Origin: Alphaproteobacteria bacterium
GTDB taxonomy: Bacteria; Pseudomonadota; Alphaproteobacteria; GCA-2731375
Direction of reading: 5' to 3'
DNA length: 64,000 bases
NCBI GenBank assembly: GCA_965232515.1
Contig: CBDDPY010000002.1
Location: 1,280,001 to 1,344,000, forward strand
Part shown: piece after piece, positions 55,978-64,000 of the stretch
Numbering within the stretch: position 1 is the first letter of the stretch
Layout of the letters: each line of letters starts with the position of its first letter
The notes under the pieces: model-generated
The model's input: only the letters and a program-made list of their open reading frames with translations
Database searches by the model: none
What the model was told of the DNA's origin: nothing
Position numbers and translations under genes: made by a program

Positions 55978-56661
55978 CTAATCCGCGTTGGTAGTCTTGG
56001 GGACGCCGTGACGAACGATTGTCAGCAGCAGCAGGCCGAGCAGCGTGCCGTTCAGGATATGCCAGACGAAGTGCGTGCCGAGCGGCCAGACCACACACAG
56101 CGGTTCGTCGATCGTTCGGAAGGTGAGCGAGACGGCGAACAGGGCGGCGGCGAGCAGGAGGCCGCGGCCGGCGGGCGCGCCCTTCGCGGCGAGCAGCGCG
56201 CCGCAGATCGCCAGCGCCAGGAACGCCGGCAGATACCCGGTGCTGCCGCGCAGGGCATCGCCGAACAGGAAACCGGCGCCCGCGGTGATCGCGAATGACG
56301 CCGGTATGTAGGCCAAGCCGATGACGACCGACATGGGCCATCCCAAACCGAAGAAACGCCGCAACGCAACAATCAGGTAGCTGACGATAAACAAGAAGAT
56401 CGGCAGCACGTCGGCGATGCCGGCCCAGCGCGTCGCGAGTGTGTGAAACAGGAACGAGCCGGTGCCGATGGCAAACACGAGCGCCACCAGCAACTGCACC
56501 GACGCGTCGAAACGACCGGCTCGGCGGGCCGCGATCAGCCCGACGACGGCCGCGATGATGAAGGCCGCGTTGGTGACGGCGTTGACCGGCTCGGACCAGA
56601 AGCCGAAATCCGTCCGCTCGCAATAGGCGTCGACCTGGACGGACAGCGACGACTGTTCCAT
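55978..56661 (-). CDS. Ceramidase-like (CREST superfamily) membrane hydrolase
   Basis: Motifs YCER...SEPVNAVTN, GSFLFH, D, HFVWH; about seven hydrophobic segments. Confidence 0.8.
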   Translation of the reverse strand: MEQSSLSVQVDAYCERTDFGFWSEPVNAVTNAAFIIAAVVGLIAARRAGRFDASVQLLVALVFAIGTGSFLFHTLATRWAGIADVLPIFLFIVSYLIVALRRFFGLGWPMSVVIGLAYIPASFAITAGAGFLFGDALRGSTGYLPAFLALAICGALLAAKGAPAGRGLLLAAALFAVSLTFRTIDEPLCVVWPLGTHFVWHILNGTLLGLLLLTIVRHGVPKTTNAD

Positions 56662-56686
56662 CTCCGCCCCCGCGCGTGACCGGCGT

Positions 56687-57646
56687 TCAGCTTCCGGGGA
56701 TGGTCAGCACCGCCTTGCCATCGAAGGTCCGCTCCATGAGGTCGCGGGCCTGACCGGCAACCTCGGACCAATCGGTCACCCGGTCAATGCGGCAGTCGAG
56801 GCGGTCCGCTTCCAGGAAACCCAACAGGCGCGGGAACGCGTCTACCGGCGGCTCTATCTCGCTGGTGGCGTAGAGGTGCAGGCCACGGAGCGATGCGCGC
56901 CCATGCATGAACAAGTCAGTGATGGGCAACGCGACCTCGGGGCTGCCGGAAATTCCATAGGTCACGCAGATGCCGTCCTTGTCGAGCGCCTTCACCGCGT
57001 TCGCCAAGAGGGCGCCGCCAATGGAATCCATGGCGAAACGGAACGGCCCGTTCTCCGCGAAGCTGCCGCCGTCGTCGGTGACCAGCACCTCGTCGGCGCC
57101 GAGCGCGCGGGCGAAGATGGCTTTCTCGGCCGAACGGACCTGCGCCGTTACGTGCGCGCCGGCGTGCTTGGCGAGCTGGATCGCGAACATGCCGACGCCG
57201 CCCGAGGCGCCGGTGATCAGCGCCTTGCGGCCGAGGAGCGCGTGCGCGGTGTCGATGCAATGGAGCGCGGTCAGACCGGCGACCGGCAGGGTCGCCGCCT
57301 GTTCGAACGTCACGGCGTCGGGCAGCGGCGCCAGGTCCGAGGTCGGCAGGTAGACCCGTTCGGCCCAACCTTCCATCCGGCGGCAGAAGCCGACGACGCG
57401 CGTACCTTCGGCGGGTCCGCTGCCGTCGGCTGCCGGCGTCTCGACCGTGCCGGCGATGTCCCAGCCGACCGTGTTGCCGGCCTCGGCTGCGTTCATGGCG
57501 CGCTTCACCTCGCCGCGATTGAGCGAGAAGGCGGCGATACGGACCAGGGCCTCGTTCGTTGCCGGCGCTCTGAGCGCGATCTCAGCCACGCGCAGGCCGT
57601 CGCCGCCCGGATCCGTCACCACCGCCCGCACCTGTTCACCCGTCAT
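56687..57646 (-). CDS. MDR-family (quinone oxidoreductase-like) dehydrogenase
   Basis: Motifs SLNRGE, GWDIAG, AATLPVAGLTA, ITGASGGVG. Confidence 0.88.
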   Translation of the reverse strand: MTGEQVRAVVTDPGGDGLRVAEIALRAPATNEALVRIAAFSLNRGEVKRAMNAAEAGNTVGWDIAGTVETPAADGSGPAEGTRVVGFCRRMEGWAERVYLPTSDLAPLPDAVTFEQAATLPVAGLTALHCIDTAHALLGRKALITGASGGVGMFAIQLAKHAGAHVTAQVRSAEKAIFARALGADEVLVTDDGGSFAENGPFRFAMDSIGGALLANAVKALDKDGICVTYGISGSPEVALPITDLFMHGRASLRGLHLYATSEIEPPVDAFPRLLGFLEADRLDCRIDRVTDWSEVAGQARDLMERTFDGKAVLTIPGS

Positions 57647-57723
57647 GCCGACACTCCCCAAAATTCATCGTCAAACGAACCGTCACCAACATCTAGCCAC
57701 AACCACGCACGACGCAAGGCCCG

Positions 57724-58800
57724 TCATTCGGCCGCGACGCCGGAGACGGCTTGCAGCGCCCGACGGAATCCGCCGAAGCGGCGGCGGTAGTCGGTCGGCG
57801 TGATGCCGACCTTGCGCCGGAACAGACGCCGGAAGAAGCTCGCGTCCTCGTAGCCGACCTCGTTGGCGACGGCTTCGACGGCGATGTCCGACGTCTCCAG
57901 CAGCTGCTTCGCCTCTTCGAGGCGCAGGGTATGCACGTAATCCATGGGCGACAGGCCGGTGACACTGGCGAAGCGGCGCTTGAACGACCGCTCCGCCATC
58001 CCGCTGCGCCGGACCATGGCCGCGACGGGGGACGAGGTCGTGTAGTTCTCGGCGATCCATTCCTGACAGGCGGCGATCGTCGCGTCTTCGACCTGCTGCG
58101 CGCCAGACAACGCAGCAAAGGGCAGCTGGCCATGGCGGTGCCAGTCCATCAGATAAACCCGCGCCAGACGCATGGCTTCCTCCAGCCCGAGGAAGCGCGC
58201 GATCAGGAACAGCGCCAGGTCCTGCCACGAGGTGCCGCCGCCCGATGTGATCACCCGCTGGCCGTCGCCGGTGGCGACCAGTACACGGGCCGGGTGCACC
58301 TTGACCTTGGGATAGCGGCGGGCGAGGCCGTCGCAATAGCCCCAATGCGTGGTGGCATCGCGGTCGTCGAGCAGCCCGGCCTCCGCCAGCAACAAGGTGC
58401 CGGAGCAGGCCGCCGCGAGCGTCGCGCCCTGGGCCTCGCGCTGTCGCAGCCAGCCGATGGCAGCATCGTAGCGGCCGGCAATGTCCTCGCCCGGTGCGAC
58501 GAATAGATCGGACACGCAGATCAGCTCGGCCGACGGGCAGGTCTCGAAGCTGTAATCCGGCTGCACCCAGATGCCGTTGGCGGCGCGAAAACGTCGACCG
58601 TCCGGCGACACGACGATGGGCCGGGCCTTCGATGGCCCCGGCTTGCCGGTAACGAGGAAATCCCAGTCCCGCCCTGCAGAGGCGAACAACTCGAACATGC
58701 CGTAGAGCGTGCCCGCCGTGGTTTCGGGAAGGGCGAGCAGCGCCACCGTCAGCGGCGTTGCACATTCCGGCTCGATTGCCGCCTTGTCCAGCTCAGTCAT
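57724..58800 (-). CDS. GlxA-type AraC regulator (DJ-1/PfpI domain plus AraC HTH)
   Basis: Motifs ACSG..LLAEAGLL...ATTHW, ERSFKRRF, VGYEDASFFRRLF. Confidence 0.92.
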   Translation of the reverse strand: MTELDKAAIEPECATPLTVALLALPETTAGTLYGMFELFASAGRDWDFLVTGKPGPSKARPIVVSPDGRRFRAANGIWVQPDYSFETCPSAELICVSDLFVAPGEDIAGRYDAAIGWLRQREAQGATLAAACSGTLLLAEAGLLDDRDATTHWGYCDGLARRYPKVKVHPARVLVATGDGQRVITSGGGTSWQDLALFLIARFLGLEEAMRLARVYLMDWHRHGQLPFAALSGAQQVEDATIAACQEWIAENYTTSSPVAAMVRRSGMAERSFKRRFASVTGLSPMDYVHTLRLEEAKQLLETSDIAVEAVANEVGYEDASFFRRLFRRKVGITPTDYRRRFGGFRRALQAVSGVAAE

Positions 58801-58904
58801 GGCAGAATCGACCTGTTCTTGTCCGAAATGACTTTAGCATCATCACCCACCCGGCGATAGAAACCCCGCCAGGTGGGGAACCCATTCGAACCGGGACTTA
58901 AGAC

Positions 58905-59996
58905 ATGACAGTCATTCCGCAAGAGACCACCGCATTCGACACTGATCGCATGGCCGCCTTCGAAGAACGCCTGGTGTCGGCTTTCAACGAATCGGCCTTC
59001 AGCCTGATGGCCTCCATCGGCCATCGGACGGGCCTGTTCGAGTCCCTCAACGGCGCGCCGCCGCTGACCAGCGCCGAGATCGCCGCGCGGGCCGGCCTGC
59101 AGGAGCGCTACGTCCGCGAGTGGCTTGGCGCCATGGTCGCGGCCGATGTGGTCGAGCACGACGGCGACGCCGGCACCTATCGCCTGCCGGCGGAGCACGC
59201 GGCCCTGCTGACCGACGCGGGCGAGGCCAATCTGGCCGTGTTCGCGCAATACATCCCACAGCTCGGCGCCGTCGAGGACGATATCATCGCCTGCTTCCGT
59301 AACGGCGGCGGTGTGCCATACGAGCGGTTCCATCGCTTCCATGAGATCATGGCGGAGGACAGCGGCCAGACCGTGCTGCCGGCGCTGATCGATCACATAA
59401 TTCCGTTGGCGCCCGATCTGCGCGGGCGATTGGAAACGGGCATCGACGTGCTGGACGTCGGCTGCGGCCGGGGCCGGGCGCTGATGCTGCTGGCCGAAAC
59501 CTTCCCCTACAGCCGCTTCACCGGCTACGACCTGTCAAAGGACGCAACGGATTGGGCCCGGGCCCAGGCGGCCGAACGCGACCTGGCGAACGTGACGTTC
59601 GTCGCCCGCGACGTCAGCGATTTCGACGAGACCGCCGCCCAGGAAGCGTTCGACTTCGTGACCACGTTCGACGCGGTGCACGATCAGGCGAAGCCGCTCA
59701 ACGTATTGACGGGCATTCGACGCTCGTTGCGGAAGGGCGGCGTCTATCTGGCCCAGGACATCAAGGGTTCGAGCCACCACCATCACGACCGCGACCACCC
59801 GCTCGGCACGCTGCTCTACACGGTGTCCTGCATGCACTGCATGACAGTCTCGCTGGCCCAGGGTGGCGAGGGGCTGGGCGCCATGTGGGGGCGTGAGGTG
59901 GCCGAACGATACTTCCGTGACGCCGGTTTCGGCAACATCGAGGTGCACGAGCTGGAGCACGACATCCAGAACTACTACTACGTCTGCCGGCCTTAA
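58905..59996 (+). CDS. Class I SAM-dependent methyltransferase with N-terminal winged helix
   Basis: Motifs IGHRTGLF, ERYVREWL, VLDVGCGRG, FDAVHD, GLGAMWG. Confidence 0.88.
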   Translation: MTVIPQETTAFDTDRMAAFEERLVSAFNESAFSLMASIGHRTGLFESLNGAPPLTSAEIAARAGLQERYVREWLGAMVAADVVEHDGDAGTYRLPAEHAALLTDAGEANLAVFAQYIPQLGAVEDDIIACFRNGGGVPYERFHRFHEIMAEDSGQTVLPALIDHIIPLAPDLRGRLETGIDVLDVGCGRGRALMLLAETFPYSRFTGYDLSKDATDWARAQAAERDLANVTFVARDVSDFDETAAQEAFDFVTTFDAVHDQAKPLNVLTGIRRSLRKGGVYLAQDIKGSSHHHHDRDHPLGTLLYTVSCMHCMTVSLAQGGEGLGAMWGREVAERYFRDAGFGNIEVHELEHDIQNYYYVCRP

Positions 59997-60106
59997 CATC
60001 ACCGAGTGCGACGGCGAAGCGGTGCGCATGTGGCGCACCGCTTCGTTGATCGTCAGGACGCAATTTGTTGACGAGAAATTGCTTGTAACGGTTGTTGGGC
60101 GAAATT

Positions 60107-60124
60107 ATGTACCAGGTAGTACAT
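60107..60124. promoter_or_regulatory. Palindromic operator upstream of the peroxiredoxin-like operon
   Basis: ATGTAC-CAGGTA-GTACAT, overlapping the -10 of a possible TTGTAA-N17-TATGTA promoter. Confidence 0.55.
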
Positions 60125-60154
60125 TTGAATCGACACGGACGTTAAGGAGACGAC

Positions 60155-60829
60155 ATGTCGTTGGCGGAAAAGCTTGACGCGCTGCGCGAAGCGGGCGGCA
60201 AGCGCATAGGCGAGGAGAAACGGGTCGTGATGCGCCGCGCGACCGAAGACCTGCGTCAGTCGGGAATTCTCGATGGCGTGGCGAAGGTCGGCGACCGCTT
60301 CCCGGCGTTCGCGCTGAACAACGCCGATGGCGAGCTGGTGCGGTCGTCCGACCTGCTGGCGCGCGGCGCGGTCGTCCTGACGGTCTTTCGCGGCGCCTGG
60401 TGACCCTACTGCAATGCAGAGCTGTATGCTTTGCAGGCTGTCCTGGGGGAACTTGAAGCAAGCGGCGCGAGCCTGGTGGCGCTGACGCCGCATCTGGCCG
60501 AGCACAGCCGCGCCATGCGTCAGAAGCACGGCCTGAACTATCACCTGCTGACCGATCCCGAAAACGCGTACGCGGCGGAGTTGGGCCTCAGGTTTTCGTT
60601 TCCGGACGATCTGCGGGAGATCTACCGCAGCATCAACATCGACCTGCCGCGGTACAATGGCGACGACAGCTGGACGCTGCCCGTGCCGGCGCGGTTCGTG
60701 GTCGATACCGATGGCATCATCCGGGCGGCCGATGTCGATGTCGACTATACCCGGCGGCCGGAGCCGGAAAAGACGTTGGCCGACGTGAAGGCGCTGGGCC
60801 TCGGACCGCTGCCGAATGCGACGGGCTGA
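60155..60829 (+). CDS. AhpC/TSA peroxiredoxin-like protein with in-frame TGA (putative selenocysteine, UPYC motif), 224 aa
   Basis: Track ORFs 60155..60403 and 60431..60829 are one frame: ...VVLTVFRGAW-TGA(60401-60403)-PYCNAELYALQ...; AAGGAG upstream; downstream motifs LLTD..N, WTLPVPARFVVD, DYTRRPEP. Confidence 0.88.
60415..60435 (+). promoter_or_regulatory. Candidate bacterial SECIS element
   Basis: UGCAGAGC-UGUAU-GCUUUGCA: an 8-bp stem starting after an 11-nt spacer from the UGA, with a GU-containing loop. Confidence 0.6.
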
Positions 60830-60846
60830 CGAATAGGGATGGAGAC

Positions 60847-61563
60847 ATGAGCATCGATGTGAAGGCGCTGACCTTCGATACGGGCGGCACCATTCTCGAC
60901 TGGCACAGTGGCATCAGCGCCGCACTGGCGAAGGCTGGCGCGGCGCACGGCCTGGACAAGGACTGGCCGGCGATCACCAACGACTACCGGCGTCGGTCGC
61001 TGAAAAAGATGCTGAACGCGGGCGGCGAGACGCCGGCGACGTTCAACATCGACGACGCGCACCGCGAGATGCTGGACGTGGTAATCGCCGAACATAGCCT
61101 CGATGCCTTCACGGCGGCGGACCGCGACGCGATCTGGCGCGCCTGGCACGAACTCGACACCTGGCCGGATTTCCCGGCCGTGCTGCCGAAGCTGCGGGAG
61201 CGCTACACCGTCGCCTCGTTCACGATCCTGAGCGTCTCGCTGATCATCGACACGGCGAAGCGAAACGGTCTCAGCTGGGACGCAGTGATCTCCTGCGAGA
61301 TGATCGGCACCTACAAGATCAGGCCCGAGGCCTATCGCACGGCCGCCAAGTGGCTGGTGCGCGAACCGAGCGAGATCCTGATGGTGGCCTGCCACAACTT
61401 CGATCTGGACGCCGCCCGGGAGGTCGGTTTCAGGACCGCCTTCGTGCGCCGGCCCGACGAGTGGGGCGCCGAGGGCGCCCCCGATCCCGATCCCAATCCG
61501 GCCTGCGACATCGTTGCCGACGACTTCCCCGACCTTGCCCGACAACTGGGCGTTCAAATCTAA
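60847..61563 (+). CDS. Haloacid dehalogenase type II (HAD superfamily)
   Basis: Motifs ALTFDTGGTILDW, LDTWPD, YKIRPEAY, MVACHNFDL. Confidence 0.88.
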   Translation: MSIDVKALTFDTGGTILDWHSGISAALAKAGAAHGLDKDWPAITNDYRRRSLKKMLNAGGETPATFNIDDAHREMLDVVIAEHSLDAFTAADRDAIWRAWHELDTWPDFPAVLPKLRERYTVASFTILSVSLIIDTAKRNGLSWDAVISCEMIGTYKIRPEAYRTAAKWLVREPSEILMVACHNFDLDAAREVGFRTAFVRRPDEWGAEGAPDPDPNPACDIVADDFPDLARQLGVQI

Positions 61564-61652
61564 GTGACATTAGGCGGCACTGTATTTGCCACGCACGCGT
61601 CACGCGAACTAGATTAGCGTTGTATCGATAAAGCGTGGAAACGGGGGTCGGA

Positions 61653-62564
61653 ATGAGCTGGCAGCCGGCGGGCGTGCCGATGTGTCATGAAAAGCGTAGG
61701 CCCATTGACGTCCTGATCGAGCCGCGGGCCCGGAATCTGGGCGGATTCGAGGTGCGCCGGGTGCTGCCATCGGCCAGGCGACGCAGCGTCGGGCCGTTCG
61801 TGTTCTTCGACGAGATGGGACCGGCGGCGTTTCCGGCCGGTGAGGGAATCGATGTGCGGCCGCATCCGCATATCGGCCTTGCAACGGTGACCTATCTGTT
61901 CGAGGGCGAAATCCTGCATCGCGACAGCCTGGGCTCGGTACAGCCGATCCAGCCCGGCGCGCTGAACTGGATGACGGCCGGCCGCGGCATTACTCATTCT
62001 GAACGCACGCCCCCGGCGCTGCGTGCCGAAGGGCAGCGGTTGCACGGAATCCAGTCCTGGGTCGCGCTGCCCCGCGACCTGGAAGAGACCGCACCCGACT
62101 TCCAGCACTTTCCGGCAGACAGTCTGCCGGTCGTCGAGCGGGACGGCGCCACGTTGCGGCTGATCGCCGGCGAGGCCTATGGCGAACGGGCGCCTGTCGA
62201 AACCGCCCTCGACCTGATTTATCTCGAAGCCAACCTGAAGGCCGAAGCGCCGTTGCCGCTGCCGGAGGACAAGGCCGAGCTTGCCGTCTATGTCGTGACC
62301 GGAGATGTCAGGATCGGCGATGCGCCGGTCGCGCCGGGCCGCATGGCGGTGCTGAGCCCAGAAGCGTCGTGCACGGTTACCGCGCTCTCCAAGGCCAGGC
62401 TGATGCTGTTGGGCGGCGCGCCTGTGGATGCCAAGCGGTACATGTGGTGGAATTTCGTCTCGAGTTCCGAGGCGCGCATCGAGCAGGCCAAAGCCGACTG
62501 GCGCGACGGCCGTTTCCCGCAAGTGCCCGGCGAAGACGACATCATTCCCCTGCCGGAAACCTGA
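61653..62564 (+). CDS. Pirin-family protein
   Basis: Motifs VGPFVFFD, PHPHIGLATVTYLFEG..HRDSLG, WMTAGRGITHSE, WWNFVSS; start position uncertain. Confidence 0.92.
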   Translation: MSWQPAGVPMCHEKRRPIDVLIEPRARNLGGFEVRRVLPSARRRSVGPFVFFDEMGPAAFPAGEGIDVRPHPHIGLATVTYLFEGEILHRDSLGSVQPIQPGALNWMTAGRGITHSERTPPALRAEGQRLHGIQSWVALPRDLEETAPDFQHFPADSLPVVERDGATLRLIAGEAYGERAPVETALDLIYLEANLKAEAPLPLPEDKAELAVYVVTGDVRIGDAPVAPGRMAVLSPEASCTVTALSKARLMLLGGAPVDAKRYMWWNFVSSSEARIEQAKADWRDGRFPQVPGEDDIIPLPET

Positions 62565-62843
62565 TCGCTTGACGCCGGCCCCATCGGCCCGGCGATAATG
62601 ATCGCGATGTAGGCGTACGCCGATGCCATGCGTGGCGGCGTAGCGTTTCGTCGGTAGCCCCAGTGAATGTATGGCCGCGATGGCGGCCGCTTCTCCGTAT
62701 CTCACATTGCGTAACGGCATGGATCGGCAGGGCGCGCGTGGACGCGGCCCGCCGTTGTTGACCGCCGTCCGCGCGATTGCCCCCTTACGAAAACAGAACC
62801 AACGAGGCGCGCATAGGCCGCGCCCGACAAGGAGGGAAAAAGC

Positions 62844-63371
62844 ATGAGCCAATCAGGCGTGAACAGACGGCAATTCCTGCACAAGGGTGGTCTCGCGGTG
62901 GCCACGGCGGCGGCCATGGCCAGCGCCATGACCGTGATCGACCCGAACGCGGCGTGGTCGATGACGACGAAGGCGCTGACGCCCGACACCGCACAGGCGT
63001 TGCTGAAGATGTCGCGGACGCTCTATCCGCACGACATGCTGGCCGACGTCTATTACGGCAAGGTGGTCGAGGCGCTGGATGCCGGGGCCGACGACGACAA
63101 GCTGTTCAATGACCTGCTGAACGACGGCGTTGCCGGACTGAACGCCATCAACGGCATCCTGTTCGTCGACCTCAGCCGTGGCGCTCAGCTCGCGGCCGTC
63201 ACCAGCATCGAGGGCTCGGAGTTCTTCGTCGCGGTCCGCGACACCACGGTCTGGACGCTCTACGCCAACCCGCTGGTCTGGCGCTACTTCGGCTACGAGG
63301 GGCCGTCGGCCGAACACGGCGGCTATCTCGAGCGTGGCTTCGACGACATCGCCTGGCTGCCGAAAGCCTGA
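62844..63371 (+). CDS. Tat-signal protein, gluconate 2-dehydrogenase subunit 3-like partner of the GMC oxidoreductase
   Basis: Twin-arginine motif NRRQFL; C-terminal WRYFGYEGP; directly upstream of the GMC gene. Confidence 0.75.
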   Translation: MSQSGVNRRQFLHKGGLAVATAAAMASAMTVIDPNAAWSMTTKALTPDTAQALLKMSRTLYPHDMLADVYYGKVVEALDAGADDDKLFNDLLNDGVAGLNAINGILFVDLSRGAQLAAVTSIEGSEFFVAVRDTTVWTLYANPLVWRYFGYEGPSAEHGGYLERGFDDIAWLPKA

Positions 63372-63385
63372 GCGGGGAGGGACAC

Positions 63386-64000
63386 ATGGCGACATTCGAC
63401 AAGAACGACGACAGCGTCGTCGTGGTGATCGGTTCCGGCGCCGGCGGCGGCACGCTGTCGCGCGAGCTGACGCAAAAGGGCATCAACGTCGTCTGCCTGG
63501 AAGCCGGCAAGCGCTACACGCTGGCCGACTTCCGAAACGACGACAACTACATGTTCGAGCTGGTCTCCTGGCTGGACCCCATGTCGCAGTCCGGCGACAT
63601 CGCCACGCACCGGGCAACACCGCTCTGGACCTGCAAGACGGTCGGCGGCACGACGGTGCACTGGGCCGGCAACTGCCCGCGGTTCCAGCCGCACGAGTTC
63701 AAGGCGCGCACGACCTACGGCGATCTGCCGGGCGCCAACCTGCTGGACTGGCCGATCGGCTACGACGATCTCGAGCCCTACTACGAGCGGGCCGAGACGG
63801 CCATGGGCATTGCCGGCCGCGGCGGCCGGCCGCAACTGCCGGGCAACAACAACTTCATGGTCATGCAGGCCGGCGCCAAGCGGATCGGCTATAGCAAGAT
63901 TCACACCGGCTACATGGCGATCAACTCGGAACCCTATGACGACCGGCCGGCCTGCCGGCAGATCGGTTTCTGCATGCAGACCTGCGTCATCGGCGCCAAA
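63386..64000 (+). CDS. GMC-family FAD oxidoreductase, runs off the right edge
   Basis: Not in the ORF track. MATFDKNDDSVVVVIGSGAGGG...LEAG...KTVGGTTVHW...DWPIGYDDLEPYYERAE...CRQIGFCMQTC; GGAGG upstream. Confidence 0.9.
   Translation, partial: MATFDKNDDSVVVVIGSGAGGGTLSRELTQKGINVVCLEAGKRYTLADFRNDDNYMFELVSWLDPMSQSGDIATHRATPLWTCKTVGGTTVHWAGNCPRFQPHEFKARTTYGDLPGANLLDWPIGYDDLEPYYERAETAMGIAGRGGRPQLPGNNNFMVMQAGAKRIGYSKIHTGYMAINSEPYDDRPACRQIGFCMQTCVIGAK

Noticed and set aside
11027-60829. Alternative genetic code (TGA read as Trp or Gly) as the explanation for the in-frame TGAs
   Set aside because: TGA terminates many conserved genes here at their expected ends (recG, sdhE, mfd), Trp is encoded by TGG, and the internal TGAs noticed fall only at a catalytic Cys position.
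60155-60829. Pseudogene interpretation of the split peroxiredoxin-like ORFs
   Set aside because: Both halves are intact and in frame with no other lesions, and the same codon is affected in two divergent genes. Not formally excluded without seeing the sel genes.
62565-62843. Structured-looking 280-bp gap before the Tat/GMC genes as an sRNA or riboswitch
   Set aside because: Only imperfect GC stems and a promoter-like TTGACG/GATAAT pair with a 19-bp spacer; no diagnostic motif.

Overview
A 64 kb high-GC chromosomal segment, most likely from an alphaproteobacterium (inferred from the recG-sdhE-mfd arrangement, CGTC-type REP repeats and a GAAC-N7-GAAC LexA box). It is densely coding and mostly catabolic, transport and redox genes: a partial IlvD-family dehydratase, two hydantoinase/oxoprolinase A+B pairs, a type III PKS with an ICMT-like methyltransferase, an Opp/Dpp-type ABC system with a TauD-family dioxygenase, MocR-PhzF-aminotransferase, TAXI-TRAP and DctPQM transporters, a ThDP enzyme/GST/thiolase-like/DUF35-SDR/cyclase/cupin cluster, and a Tat-exported GMC oxidoreductase pair at the right edge. 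The main signals the ORF track does not resolve: (1) two separate AhpC/TSA peroxiredoxin-like genes, each split by an in-frame TGA at the redox motif (W-U-P-Y-C) and probably selenoproteins, one with a good SECIS-like hairpin; (2) a small orphan zinc-ribbon gene with a perfect LexA box over its promoter; (3) an intact IS4-family element inserted into the centre of a REP palindrome, with a 9-bp target duplication and a hairpin that hides its start codon; (4) a possible 18-codon peptide gene; (5) several enzymes with altered catalytic motifs. Product names come from motif recognition by eye; no database searches were run. No rRNA, tRNA or CRISPR array was seen.
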